A stretch of DNA of 63,668 nt, the filler included, from Octopus bimaculoides (Eukaryota), in assembly GCF_001194135.2 (NCBI RefSeq). It is 4 parts of 4 records of this genome, joined end to end, with 100 filler letters (N's around TTAATTAATTAA, not from the genome) between each part and the next. Parts side by side here need not be neighbours in the genome. Positions count along the whole stretch, not along the records: positions 1 to 23,225 come from NC_068982.1; positions 23,326 to 35,610 come from NC_068987.1; 2 more parts are not named here. One strand, 5' to 3'. Positions 14,550 to 28,437 of the stretch are shown here, one piece after another. Under the pieces are notes generated by a model, which was given only the letters and a program-made list of their open reading frames with translations, was not told the DNA's origin and did not search any database. Positions within the stretch are counted from its first letter, which is position 1; every line of letters starts with the position of its first letter. The translations under genes and the position numbers were made by a program.

Positions 14550-14805
14550 ACTACAGGTTGTAGTTTTTGTTGAAGCATTGTTTTCAGTGAACACAATCTC
14601 CATCTAACCCTAACCCTGTACCTCTTCCCGCCGCCGCTCCTTCACCCGCACCAGCAGCGCTTACAGACTCTTCTTCTCCGTCCTCCACACACTTATTACA
14701 TAATCATCAAATTCATCATCATCATCATCATCATCGCCATTGTCATCATCATCATCATCATCATCGTCGTCGTCGTCGTCAGCATCAACGTCGTCATCAT
14801 CATTG

Positions 14806-14852
<47 letters not shown>

Positions 14853-15206
14853 TTCACCATCATCGGAAACTATCTCAGCAGCAATAACAACAAAAGCAAA
14901 CAACGATAAAAGAAGAAAAAAGAAACTAAGCAAAGAAAGAACAAGTTGCCAACAAAAACAAAAAGAAAAACACCAACAACAACACCAACAACAACAACTA
15001 CAACAATTAAGGACAGCAAGTGCAGGAAACAAGATAAACATGAACAACATTCTCCCACACGAACAATAAACAAATTCTCAAAATTGAACAGGACTTGCAA
15101 TCAATAATTATTTGGCTTATTGTAAACATTTTCAGAATTTCTATCTATTTTCTTTTGGTTTTTCTCTTTTGTTTCAGCGTTTTAAATTTCTGTTCTGTTG
15201 CAACAT

Positions 15207-16160
<954 letters not shown>

Positions 16161-16420
16161 ATCGAATTTTCTTTCGATCTTCGATTAGAACAAGTTTAAA
16201 ATTAATTGCAATTTGAAAAAAAGAAAAAAAAGAAAACAAGAAAACCCAACAAACAAACACAAAGACAAAAACAACAAATATCAAGATATATCAAAGAGAA
16301 CAAAGGTGTACATATGTCTTTCAAACATTCCGCGTGTGACGTAAATAGATTCTAAGTTAAAATCACTACTTTATACAAACCTACTTCATTCTATATTCTT
16401 TCACTGAAGTCTTCTACTCC

Positions 16421-16493
<73 letters not shown>

Positions 16494-16509
16494 ACTCTCT
16501 TCCGTGTTG

Positions 16510-16643
<134 letters not shown>

Positions 16644-16854
16644 GGCGGCGAACTGGCAGAAGTGTAAGCACGCCGGGCGAAATACTTAACGGTATTTCGT
16701 GTTTGCCGCAACATTGCGAGTTCAAACTCCACTGAAGGCGACTTTGCCTTTCATCCTTTCGAGATCGATAAATTAAGTACCAATGAAACACTGAAGGTCA
16801 ATGTAATCGACTGTCCCCTTCCCCACAGAATTCAGTCCTCGTGCCTATAGTAGA

Positions 16855-16862
<8 letters not shown>
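16644..16862 (+). mobile_element. SINE family B between (TTA)n tracts
   Basis: Same head and core; tail gtgcctatagtagaaag(tat)n. Confidence 0.8.
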
Positions 16863-16900
<38 letters not shown>

Positions 16901-17012
16901 GCAAGCATTATATATATATATGTGCATTTTACTGCAAATTTTGTGTAGGAAAATGCATTTTTATATATTTATTGCATGCATTTCTGTACGTGTAGGGAAC
17001 GATCATCTTCGT

Positions 17013-17053
<41 letters not shown>

Positions 17054-17193
17054 GTCTGAGTGCGTACATGTATGTATCAATGTGCATGCGAGAGTGTGTT
17101 TCATGCGACTTTATACATACGTACATACATACATACATACATACATGCATACATACATACATATATACATACATGCATGCATACGTAATACAT

Positions 17194-17232
<39 letters not shown>

Positions 17233-18119
17233 NNNNNNNNNNNNNNNNNNNNNNNNNNNNNNNNNNNNNNNNNNNNNNNNNNNNNNNNNNNNNNNNNNNN
17301 NNNNNNNNNNNNNNNNNNNNNNNNNNNNNNNNNNNNNNNNNNNNNNNNNNNNNNNNNNNNNNNNNNNNNNNNNNNNNNNNNNNNNNNNNNNNNNNNNNNN
17401 NNNNNNNNNNNNNNNNNNNNNNNNNNNNNNNNNNNNNNNNNNNNNNNNNNNNNNNNNNNNNNNNNNNNNNNNNNNNNNNNNNNNNNNNNNNNNNNNNNNN
17501 NNNNNNNNNNNNNNNNNNNNNNNNNNNNNNNNNNNNNNNNNNNNNNNNNNNNNNNNNNNNNNNNNNNNNNNNNNNNNNNNNNNNNTATATATACAGTAAA
17601 GTCTATTTGCCAACACAATGTAGCAGTCCTATACAGGGCGATGTTGCTACTTTTTAGCCCCAGGAGAACATCTTTTCCAGCTGGCTATCGAAACACGGTC
17701 TGTGCCTGTATACTGGGAGCATAAGAGTTTATCGATATCATTCTAGCCTTAGCGATACTCGTAGACAAATAGTTTCTAAGTTATTTCCCTTCCTCGGCAC
17801 AGGACAATCGCCGGCTAGAAATGTGATACGTTTGTATTAGACGTTTTCATTCAACAATAAGGTTTGTGTTTTAAGGTTAGCCACCAACCGGTATTTTTAT
17901 CGAGGCACGATCTCTAGTAAGACTGTTAGTCAAGACTGAAGAGCTCTTACTACCCATAAGTTGGGCCTGTTCCCTTCGCATTTCTGTGTATTAAGTTCCA
18001 TGATAATGATTCTCACTAGGAGACAGGTGAGCGTCAGTTGGTCCCGTATCTTCATCCAAATATTGCTCTAGAATTTTGTCCCGATTCGTGGTTCATTCGA
18101 CTTCATCCCCTTTTTCTCT

Positions 18120-19305
18120 GCTCTCAATACTCCCTCGTTCCTAACTGTCGCTAGCAAGGTTTCCTTAAGCTCTCGAGTTCGATACTCACGCAGTCTTCCT
18201 CAACTATTAGTCCCCTTCCTCCATTTGCTCTCTTCATGTATAGGCAATCACTGTCTGCACGTGGTTGACGGGCTCCATGCATCGATAGGAGCTTTCTCCC
18301 CTTCCTGTCCATCTCCTTTCGCTCTTCCTCCGTCCACTTCAGAATTCCAGCGCCATACCGAACTACTGCGACTGCGCGCAAGCTTATTGCCCAAATTATG
18401 TTTCTGGCATTCAGCTTCGAAGCCAATATTTTTTCACTCTCATGTTGTCTTTTCCTTCATGTCGTGGTGTTTGATTCCATCTGCCTCAAGTATTCTCAGG
18501 TATTTATAGCTGGATAAAGGTTGAAGTGACTTCATCATTTTACCACTTGGCAGCTATATGCCTTCTGTCCTGGCAAGCTTTCCTCGTCTCACCACCATCG
18601 TAGCACATTTTGAGAGACCAAACTCCATCTTAAAATCATTGGAGAACATCCAGACAGTCTGGACTAGGCTGTCGAGTTCTGCCTCAGTTTTTTGGAAGAT
18701 TCAGGTCGTCCATGAATAGCAAGTGGTTTAGTTTTTCCTTACCCCTTCCCAGATTATACCACAATTTTGTTTTCTGTAGTATTTCACTCAAGGGGATCAT
18801 TCCCAACACGAATATCAGTGTGTACACACTGTCCCCCCAGGAGATTCCTCTCTTCATTTTCACTTATTTTGCTTCCCTGCAGTCAATTTCGTTCTTCAAC
18901 ATTTCATGCTATTCCATATAAGGCTTCTCATATTCTCTGCTACTCCATACATTTCCATTGTTCTTATTATCCAGAAGTGTTGTATCATATCGTATGCTTT
19001 GCGATAGTCAGCCTATGCCAAGTTCAGATTTGTATATCTTCTCTTGCAGTTCAATTAAGAGCTGATCCTTCGTTCCCCGTTTCCTTTTTCGGTACCCTTT
19101 CTGTTCAATGGGTAGCAGCCCACTTTTTTCCAAGTATTTGTACAGTTTACCGGCCAAATCACCTGATATTAGTTTCCACATTAGGGGAAGCCATGTTATT
19201 AGTCAAAAGTTGGATGAGGACAGTTCCCTTTTCAGAGGCCTTGAAATATAACAACATCTTTCCTTTTGTCTATCCTTTCATCTGGTTCTGGGCACTTCCA
19301 ATTTA
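18120..19305 (-). mobile_element. R4/Dong-clade non-LTR retrotransposon, decayed RT fragment
   Basis: Minus-strand peptides [64 protein letters not shown] and SKLNARNIIWAISLRAVAVVRYGAGILKWT...LYMKRANGGRGL, typical of R4/Dong RTs; frameshifted. Confidence 0.85.
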
Positions 19306-19784
19306 GGAATTTTCTTAATTGATTATTATTATGACTATTATCATTATGACGATGATGATGATATGGTACGGCTTTCTATAAGACATTTTCAAAGATGCTG
19401 TTTCAGAATTACGAAATGAGATTTAGCGGTTTAATATCTTAAACGATGTTGGGTCTACGACTCTTTGTCTCTTGCAAGTATTTTCACTCTCTTGCTTTCA
19501 TCATCATCGTCATCATCACCTTCTACTCCACAACCTCTTCTTCTTCTTCTTCTTCTTCTTCTTCTTCTTCTTCTTCTTCTTCTTCTTCTTCTTCTTCTTC
19601 TTCTTCTTCTTCTTCTTCTTCTTCTTCTTCTTCTTCTTCTTCTTCTTCTTCTCACTCTTTGTAAAATATCACGCCGATTCCGTGACATTTCATTGAGTAG
19701 AATCATATATGTACATACCAACATACATTTTCCGTATATATATATATATATATATATTTATACATACACACATATACATATATA

Positions 19785-19822
<38 letters not shown>

Positions 19823-20242
19823 TTTCATTAAGAGTATTTAACATCCATTTCCTTTGTTGTACTAATATCTTGAATTTCATTTATAAATGTGTTTTACTAT
19901 TTGTTATTAACTTAAAATGTTTTGTTTGAACGAATTTCCGGTTCACATATCCGCAAGGGATTTCAAATATATTTTATAAATTAATAACAATTATTGCGCA
20001 ATATACGCGTTAATAACATTTTCAGAAATCGTTTTCCTTCTAAAGTTCAAGATTCGTAGTAGTATGCATAGGTTGCGCCATAAGATTTATAAGGTATTGA
20101 TTTTAGCATATAATTTGTATTATACTAATTGAATTATAGTCTTACGTCGCTGTTATGAATAAAAGATGCAACATCATCACTGTTTTTTAACGTATCATTC
20201 ACAGCAAGGCTGAAAACGAGCGTTTATTAAGATATATTTGTT

Positions 20243-20583
20243 GGCACTCCGTTGCTTACGACGTCAAGGGTTCCAGTTGAGCCGATCAAGGGAACACGTG
20301 AAATTAACGTGCAAGTGGCTGAGCACTCCACAGACACGTGTACTCTTAACGTAGTTCTCGGGGATATTCAGCGTGACACAGTGTGACAAGGCTGGCCCCT
20401 TTGAATTACAGGCACAACAGAAACAGGAAGTTGTGGTGAAAGAGTTCAGCAGGATTCACCACCATCCCCTGCCGGAGCCTCGTGGTGCTTTTAGGTGTTT
20501 TCGCTCCATGAACATTCACAACGCCCGGTCTGGGAATCGAAACCGCGAGTCCGCTGCCCTAACCACTGGGCCATTGCGCCTCC
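20243..20583 (-). mobile_element. SINE family C (tRNA-like head)
   Basis: Minus strand ggaggcgcaaTGGCCCAGTGGttagggcagcggactcgcGGTTTCGATTCCc (A and B boxes); second, rearranged copy at about 7273-7515. Confidence 0.75.
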
Positions 20584-20827
20584 TATTAAGATATATGATT
20601 AAAACAAATCATATATCTATGTATGTATGCCATAATTCAGTTTTATTTAAAGGTGGAGAGCTGGCAGAATCGTTAGCACGCAGAACGGAATGCTTAGCGG
20701 TATTTCGCCTGTCGCCTGTCGCTATTTACCGGCGAGGTCGGCTTTGCCTTTCATCCTTACTGGAGATGATGTTATCGACTAACCCTCTCCCCGCTAATTT
20801 CAGGCCTTGTGCCTACAACAGAAAGGA

Positions 20828-21504
20828 TTACTCCTTTACTTGCCTCAATCATTTGAGTGCGGCCATGCTGCAGCACCGCCTTTAGTCGAGAAAACCGACC
20901 CCCAGGACTTATTCTTTGTAAGCCTAGTACTTCTTCTATCGGTCTCTTTTGCCGAACCACTAAGTTACGGGGACATAAATACACCAGCATCGGTTGTCAA
21001 GCAATGCTAGGACAAACACAAACACAAACACACACACACACACATGTACATATATACAACGGGCTTCTTTCAGTTTTCGTCTACCAAATCCACTCACAAG
21101 GCTTTGGTAGGCCCGAGGCAATAGTAGAAGACACTTGTCGAAGATGCCACCCAGTGGGACTGAACCCGGAACCATGTGGTTGGTAAGCAAGCTACTTACC
21201 AAGTTGTATTTCAAGATTTCTAGCCAATAGAAAAAGAGCCGGTTTCTGACCTAGATTCAAGCTTCCTTCATTGGAATTTCATCATCAAGAACAGGGTATT
21301 TTTGTATGTATGTATGTGTGTATGTATGTATGTATGTATGTGTGTATGTATGTATGTGTGTATGTCTCTTCTATTTTTCAATTATTATAAAATTTACTTA
21401 TTCTTTGCAACACTAGTATTTATTCTATTCGTCGTTTTTGCCGAGCCGCTAAGTTACGTAATCACACTAACCTCGGTTATCAAGCGATGATGGGGGAACA
21501 AACA

Positions 21505-21541
<37 letters not shown>

Positions 21542-21562
21542 ACACGCACGCTCGCACACACT

Positions 21563-21635
<73 letters not shown>

Positions 21636-21958
21636 GTATATATGCGCATATACATATAAATACAAATATACATATATTCATATTCATACCCACATATATG
21701 GGCTCATATATGCATATTTATGTATGTATGCATACAAGCATGCATATATACATATGCATACCTACATACATATGTAAATAAATACATGCATATTCTTTTA
21801 TTCTTTTATTTGTTTCAGTCATTTGACAGCAGCCATGCTGGAGCACCGCCTTTAGTCGAACCAATCGACCCCAGGATTTATTCTTTGTAAGCCTAGTACT
21901 TATTTTATCGGTAGACACCAACATCGGTTGTCAAGCGATGGTGTGGGGACAAACAGAG

Positions 21959-21994
<36 letters not shown>

Positions 21995-22050
21995 ATATAT
22001 ATTTGGCGGGCTTCTTCCAGTTTCCGGTTACCAAATACACTCACAAGATT
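20828..22050 (-). mobile_element. Cluster of SINE family A copies and fragments (about 20828-21200, 21430-21500, 21790-22050) separated by microsatellites
   Basis: Repeated family A arms. Confidence 0.75.
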
Positions 22051-22672
22051 TTGGTCGGCTCGACACGCACTTTTGTGGACACGCACATTTGTGTGTATCT
22101 AGTGTATTTATGAGTGTGGGTATTGCGAAACGAAAATTGATTTTTATATATAAATACATGTGAATATATGTGTGTGCGTGCATGTGTTTGTGTGTGTGTG
22201 TATGTATCTGTGTTTTTGTATGTGTGTGTGCGTGTGTGCGTGTGTGTGCGTGTGTGTGTGTGTGTGTGCGAAACATAACAATAACAATTTAGCAAAGTGT
22301 TGGGTGATATAAATGATTTATCTAAATATAAAATTTCAATTCATAGCAGATTTTCTATTAATGAAATGTTCCATTGGAAATAATATACTTGGTAAGGTGT
22401 GGTTTGAGGAGAAATTCTAGCAGCAGATTTTTGTCATTTGAAATAATGATTTCTATATGTAATTACGCAATACATTCGTTGTTGAAGAAGGAGAGTTGCT
22501 TTAATTGATTTAGATATATATATATTTTTTTTTGTTATATTCCGACCGTTTGTGATTTGCGTTCAAATCTCATGCGGGTTAACTTAGCTTTCGTCCCTCT
22601 GATGTCACAAAAATGAATTACCCGTGAAACACTGGGGTCGATAGCAAATTCTAGCAGATCGAGTGAGCCACA

Positions 22673-23096
22673 CTCTTTACTCTCTTCTCTTTTACTCTTT
22701 TACTTGTTTCAGTCATTTGACTGTAGCCATGCTGGAGCACCGCTTTTAGTCGAGCAAATCGACCCCGGGACTTATTCTTTGTAAGCCTAGTACTTATTCT
22801 ATCGACCTCTGTTGCCGAACCGCTAAGTTACGGGGACGTAAACACACCAGCATCGGTTGTCAAGCGATGTTCGGGGACAAACACAGACACACAAACATAC
22901 ACACATACTTATACATATACATATACATATATACGACGGGCTTCTTTCAGTTTCCGTCTACCAAATCCACACACAAGGCTTTGGTCGGCCCGAGGCTATA
23001 GTTGAAGACACTTGCCCAAGGTGCCACACAGTGGGACTGAACCTGGAACCGTGCAGTTCGTAAGCAAGCTACTTATCACATAGCCACTCCTACGCC
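22673..23096 (-). mobile_element. SINE family A (tRNA-like head, central microsatellite, AAAAGAGT-type tail), full length
   Basis: Head gcgtaggagtggctatgtgataagtagcttgc...ggttcagtccc; many homologues in the window. Confidence 0.85.
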
Positions 23097-23160
23097 ATAT
23101 AGATGAATATTTTACGACTTAGAATATATTTAATAATTATATATTTTAGGTAATCTATTT

Positions 23161-23225
<65 letters not shown>

Positions 23226-23325
23226 NNNNNNNNNNNNNNNNNNNNNNNNNNNNNNNNNNNNNNNNNNNNTTAATTAATTAANNNNNNNNNNNNNNNNNNN
23301 NNNNNNNNNNNNNNNNNNNNNNNNN
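23226..23325. other. Artificial scaffold-joining linker
   Basis: 44 N + TTAATTAATTAA (23270-23281; stops in all six frames) + 44 N; identical to two others. Confidence 0.95.
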
Positions 23326-23533
23326 GTGGCCGTTTTCGTGCGGGTGACACGTAAAAGCACCCACTACACTCTCTGAGTGGTTGGCGTTAGGAAGGGCATC
23401 CAGCTGTAGAAACTCTGCCAAATCAGACTGGAGCCTGGTGTTGCCATCCGGTTTCACCAGTCCTCAGTCAAATCGTCCAACCCATGCTAGCATGGAAAGC
23501 GGACGTTAAACGATGATGATGATGATGATGATG
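23326..23533 (+). mobile_element. SINE family D, 3' part with RTE-type tail ending (GAT)n, young
   Basis: Ends cgtccaacccatgctagcatggaaagcggacgttaaacgatgatgat; 3 differences from the 28447-28619 copy; older copies at about 25130-25330, 25700-25900, 32645-32818 and 32875-33110. Confidence 0.8.
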
Positions 23534-24049
23534 TTCAAGTTTCCATGCAGTAGAATTAAACCTTGAACTACATGGTAGAAAAATAAACTTGTTTTAACCA
23601 AGCATTCATGATTATACTTGTGTGACTCTACCATACATCAAATCTGGCGATAACTTTAACGAATTTTGAAATCCTGATCATTAATTTGCTTGAAGCAAGT
23701 TTTTATCTTTAGATTTGAATTTTAGTGCCAAGTTCTATAACATCAAGATGAAATGTGTTTATGTATTTGAAAGCTCTAGGTCCAGTGTTTGGTATTTAAA
23801 CCAATTATACTTTCAAATAGATAAATACATTCAACCATGATGTACTGAGAAATTATGAATTAAAACTCAAATCTAATGAGAAAACTTGTTTCAAGAAAAT
23901 GAATGATCTGAATTTCAATTTAACTAAAATTTTATACAGCTTAGTGTATCACATGGGAATATTATCACAATAATACAATCACATAGTTATTTTCATTTAG
24001 TTAACCCTCTGAAAGGAAAACAAATATAAATATATAAATATATGCTTAC

Positions 24050-24140
24050 TCGGTCAGAACAGAAGGATAGGAGTGCTAACATCACCAAAATGATCAAAGT
24101 TAAATATGTCCAAAACCGGAGCCAGTTTCGATATTTCTGC
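24050..24140 (-). CDS. GNPTAB: GNPTAB exon (91 nt) with beta-subunit transmembrane helix: (W)QKYRNWLRFWTYLTLIILVMLALLSFCSDR
   Basis: Acceptor tttctattttag, donor gtaagc; human [31 protein letters not shown]. Terminal cytoplasmic-tail exon not identified. Confidence 0.93.
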
Positions 24141-24279
24141 CTAAAATAGAAACAGTAAAATATATTTCAGGAGTACTTTTTTGTTTTTTATTTTGATAGC
24201 CAAACTCTAAAGGAACCTACAAACTAAATGTTAGAACAGTGTTAACATATTTAATGTACTGAATATTAAAAAGCTATAA

Positions 24280-24490
24280 GGTGGTGAGCTGGCAGAATCA
24301 TTAGCACACTAAGCAAAATGCTTTATGTCATTTCGTCTCTTTATGTTCTGATTTCAAATTCTGCTGAGGTTGATTTTGCCTTTCATTCTCTTGGGTCAAT
24401 GAAATAAGTACCAGTTTATGATGGGTCAATGTAATTTACATACACAATCCTCAAAACTGCTGGCCTTGTGCCAATATTTGAAACCAATAT
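24280..24490 (+). mobile_element. SINE family B, CpG-decayed, in a GNPTAB intron
   Basis: gtgagctggcagaatcattagcacactaagcaaaatgc versus gcgagctggcagaaacgttagcacgccgggcgaaatgc in other copies. Confidence 0.75.
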
Positions 24491-25334
24491 TAAAAAGCTA
24501 ATTAGAAATAATTACGCAGTAAAGGAGATAGATACAAAATCAACTACAAATTGGCATAGGAAATTATGTACATTACAGTAAATACCTACTTAATGATTAT
24601 CTCCTTACTATTCTAAGAAAGCTATTCTTTAGTGAGGTAGTATATTAAGAACAAATGTAACCAACTTTATCACCTGTACTTGCTAGAACAATAGAAATAA
24701 TATTGCCTTTTATCCCACTGCAGTTATAGCTAATAATTTTTCTGTTCTCATTACATTAAATATTTTAACACTAATTAAATTATTGTTTTTCATACAGACG
24801 GCATCTTTGAACATTTTATTCTCTAATCTATAAACAAAAGTAAAATATTAAAACTTCTCAGTATTATGACAACACTAAGTGACTTCCTAATCGATGTTGA
24901 CTTTCAGATATAGGCATCACTGAATGGCTGAGAAATTTACTCCCCAATCATATGGTTTCAGGTTCAATCCAAATTTGCAAGCACCTTGAGCCTCATGCTG
25001 ACCAAATCTTTGTGAATGGATTTGATCAATGGAATTTGAAAGAAATCCCACATATGTATGTAAGTGTGAATGTGTGTGTGTGTGTATGTTTGAATCTCCT
25101 TGTTTTGACATCACTTTGCAGTGATGTAAAAGAGTATCACTGTCATACAAGTGGCATTCTTCATTTCTTATCTTCTGTAGGAACATGTTTGGCCATGGGG
25201 AAATATTACATTGTTTGGAAATAGGTGAGGGTTGGCAACAGAAATAACATCCACCGTAGTAAAATCTGCCTTAATGAATTCTGTCTGGCCCATGCAAGAA
25301 TGGAAAAGTAAATGTTGAAGATGATGATTATATT

Positions 25335-26595
25335 ATAGTTGACAATGAAATCAGCAGGGAATTTATCATGTCTAGGCAGGTGTCTATCAAGGCTTAGTTA
25401 CTCTCTCACTCTAATTAATATAATTCTCCAACCTATAACAGAGGAGACCAAGAGTGGCTGTCCATGGAAACTTCTACATACTGAAGACCTACCTCTTAAG
25501 TCTGTGAAAGACTTAAAAGACAAACAAACATAGAATTGAGGGAACAAAGTTTTAGAAAGTAGAAAAGCAAATTTTTTCTAAAATGAGGGAAGTAGGTGTG
25601 CTTAATAAGCAGAAAATGGATGAGATGCAAACTACGAATGCACAAGAGGTGCATTAGGATCACAGGCAGTCTGATGGTGAATAAAGACTTTGATGCAATC
25701 ATCATCATCATTTAGCCTCTGTTTTTCTATTCTGGGTCAGACAGTCTGACTGGGACTGGTAGCTGGAGAGCTGCACCAGACACCAGTCTGGTTTTGCTTG
25801 ATTTCTACAGCTGGATGCCCTTCCTAACACCAACTACTCCAACAGTGTAGTGAGTGCTTTTTACATTCCACTGGCATGGGTGGCTTTCATGTGTCACCAG
25901 CACTGATTTCACTGGGTTAGACTTGTCTCTTCAAGCAAAGCAAATTGCCAAAGGTCATGATCACTTGTCATTGCTTCTGTAATACAACAGTAAAATAAAT
26001 TCTTTTCAATGCTAAGGAGTTCTATAGAAGTAGTCGATAACTACTGTTATTTAGGCAACTTGATCAGAAGTGGAGGAAGATGAACTGAAGATATAGTAGC
26101 CAGAATATGGGTAAGGCAGGAAATGGTCTAGGAGCAATCACCTTTGCTGACAACAAAAGGATTCTTCTTTGAGTAAAGAGTAGACTGTATTGCTTGTATA
26201 TGAAGTGAAATGCTGTACAATGATGAAAAATGGATACTAAATGCAAAAGGTATGTAAAGATTGGAGAGAAATGAATAGGCATGCTCTACTGGATAAACTA
26301 GGTCTAAAAGTTATCATTTGTGATGTGTAAGTACAAAGGTTGCATTGTTACAGACATTTAATGTCTATGGATGATAACAGATAGGCAAAAAAGTGGCAAA
26401 AGATCCAAACGGATAGAAACTGTAGAAGAGAGAGACTAAGGAAGGTATGGGTAGAGGTAATAAAACCTATTCACAAGATGTTGGACCTTACAAAGATGAC
26501 AAAGGAATGCAACAAATGAAGAAATACAGTGTTTGAAATGACCCATCCAACCCAAGCAGTCACATGAAAGCAGATGTAAAAATGATGATGCTGAT
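25335..26595 (+). mobile_element. RTE-clade LINE, decayed 3' part, in a GNPTAB intron, antisense to the gene
   Basis: ILQPITEETKSGCPWKLLHTEDL (decayed WELLYADDL), EVVDNYCYLGNLIRSGG and LLTTKG..RVKSRLY motifs; 3' tail acccatccaacccaagcagtcacatgaaagcagatgtaaaaatgatgat; interrupted by other repeats. Confidence 0.8.
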
Positions 26596-26759
26596 AAATA
26601 TTTAATTAACTCTAAAAAAGTGAAACACTGGCCCAACACATATCCATTGAATTGTTAAGGCAATTATTTTACTTTCGATCATTCACTATGGCAAATGTTC
26701 CAATTCATGGGCCAAAGAATTTGGTTGATCCAAGTTTATTAGACAATTTGAATGCTTAC

Positions 26760-26872
26760 CATTCAAGAAGTTCATGTAAATGAAGAAAACGATTCCGGTA
26801 TTCTTTTGGGAGTTCAAAATGTGATTGCATTGGAAACATTGATTCAAAAAAATCATTTAAAATAGCTTTGAC
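26760..26872 (-). CDS. GNPTAB: GNPTAB exon (113 nt): [37 protein letters not shown](W)
   Basis: Acceptor ttttttccttctag, donor gtaagc; human [38 protein letters not shown]. Confidence 0.97.
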
Positions 26873-28069
26873 CTAGAAGGAAAAAAACGAAAAAGAAATC
26901 AGTAAATTGGTAACATATTTTGCTTGTATAGTTAAAGTGAATGTTTTTATGAATCACAATGATACAGTGTCTATATCTGGTTTCTGTTGTTTTGTGTGGA
27001 TTAATGAATGCGAGACAAATCGTGCCAGTCACTAGAGTGAACATCAGTTCATTGTTGGCAGATGCTGCAGAAGGAATTGATTTCCCCATTGAAAACCAAT
27101 GGATCAATTAACTGCACAGTGCTCCAGCTGCTGCTGCCAACAACAATGAATTATATCAGCTGTGATACATATTTAAAATCAAATGTTTTTACTATCGAGC
27201 AGAACAATGACAATACAAACTACCAAACTATTAGCTGGTTGCTCAGTTGTCCTGCCAGCTTGTCCATTTATACTTTAAATTGCAAGAATAGCTTTTACTG
27301 GAAGTGACAATAACCTTGCTCCTATTAATACATGATTTGCTAAAACTTCAGCCAAAGCCAATTGAATAATTGGAATATTCTTCAAAATGTGGCCATCACA
27401 TACTATATCAAAAGGTTACAGTCAGTCCTTGGCAGACGTATTTATTATTACTCTAGTGTGAGACATTTAGCAGTTGATAGTAACAAGGAAATGGAGAATA
27501 CAACCTTATAGTATAGGCAATGGAAGTAGATTAAAACTGATGAGTATTTTGCTACTTAAGAGTGCTGAGTTCAAATCTTGCAATAGACAAAACCTCTGAG
27601 ACTGGCCTTGTCAACCAGATAAATTGTTTTGCAACAGACACCATGGTTGCTTGGATAAAATAAAGTCCTTCTTGTCTACAAATGCAGACATTTTTCAGAC
27701 ACAAGTAATAATATACTCAAGAAACAAATAGTTAAGTGTATATTTTGGATATACACTAATATCTAGAATTCAGATTACTCTGCCAAATGCAATGCATTTT
27801 TATTCACATTGTTTTGAATTAATCATGCATTATCTCATGGTTTTGGGATATCGATGGTGTAATTTATTTTTTGAATTACATTGTAGGGTAGGTGTGAGAG
27901 GGCAGATCTGGTCAGTTTGAACATAAAACTGGTACAATATTTGGGTCGGATATGGATGGTCTAACTGTTAAAGGGTTAAAATAGATGGTAAAAAGTGTCT
28001 GAGTTAATGTAATTATAATGGACAGATATAACCAATACATTAACAAAAGAACCATTCTGCAAGAATATA

Positions 28070-28406
28070 GCACGGCTATGTAGTTAAGCAGCTTACTTCA
28101 CATCCATATGGTTTGGATTCAGTCTGACTGCATGGCACCTTGAGCAAGTGTCATCAACTATAGCCCCAGGTTAACCAAAAATTTCATTGATGGAAACTGA
28201 AAGAAATCTATTAGGCATTCTTTTATGTGTTTCAGTCATTTGACTATGGCTATGCTGGAGCATTGCCTTATAATTGAAGAAATTGACCCCAGGACTTAAA
28301 GCCTGGTACTTATTCTATCAGTTTCTTTTGCTAAACTGCCAAGTTATGGGGACATAAACACACCAACATTGGTGTCAAGCAATTGTGGCAGGAACAAACA
28401 CACAAC

Positions 28407-28437
<31 letters not shown>

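Noticed and set aside
23990-24049. GNPTAB last exon using the acceptor at 24009 (RVN*)
   Set aside because: It would need a 41-nt intron; other nearby acceptors give peptides unlike a basic cytoplasmic tail. The last exon is probably beyond the scaffold end.
25508-25516. 9-nt microexon candidate (tctttcacag ACTTAAGAG gtaggt, minus strand; position approximate) in a GNPTAB intron
   Set aside because: The flanking exons join at phase 2 inside a conserved Trp codon with no room in the alignment, and it lies within LINE-derived sequence.
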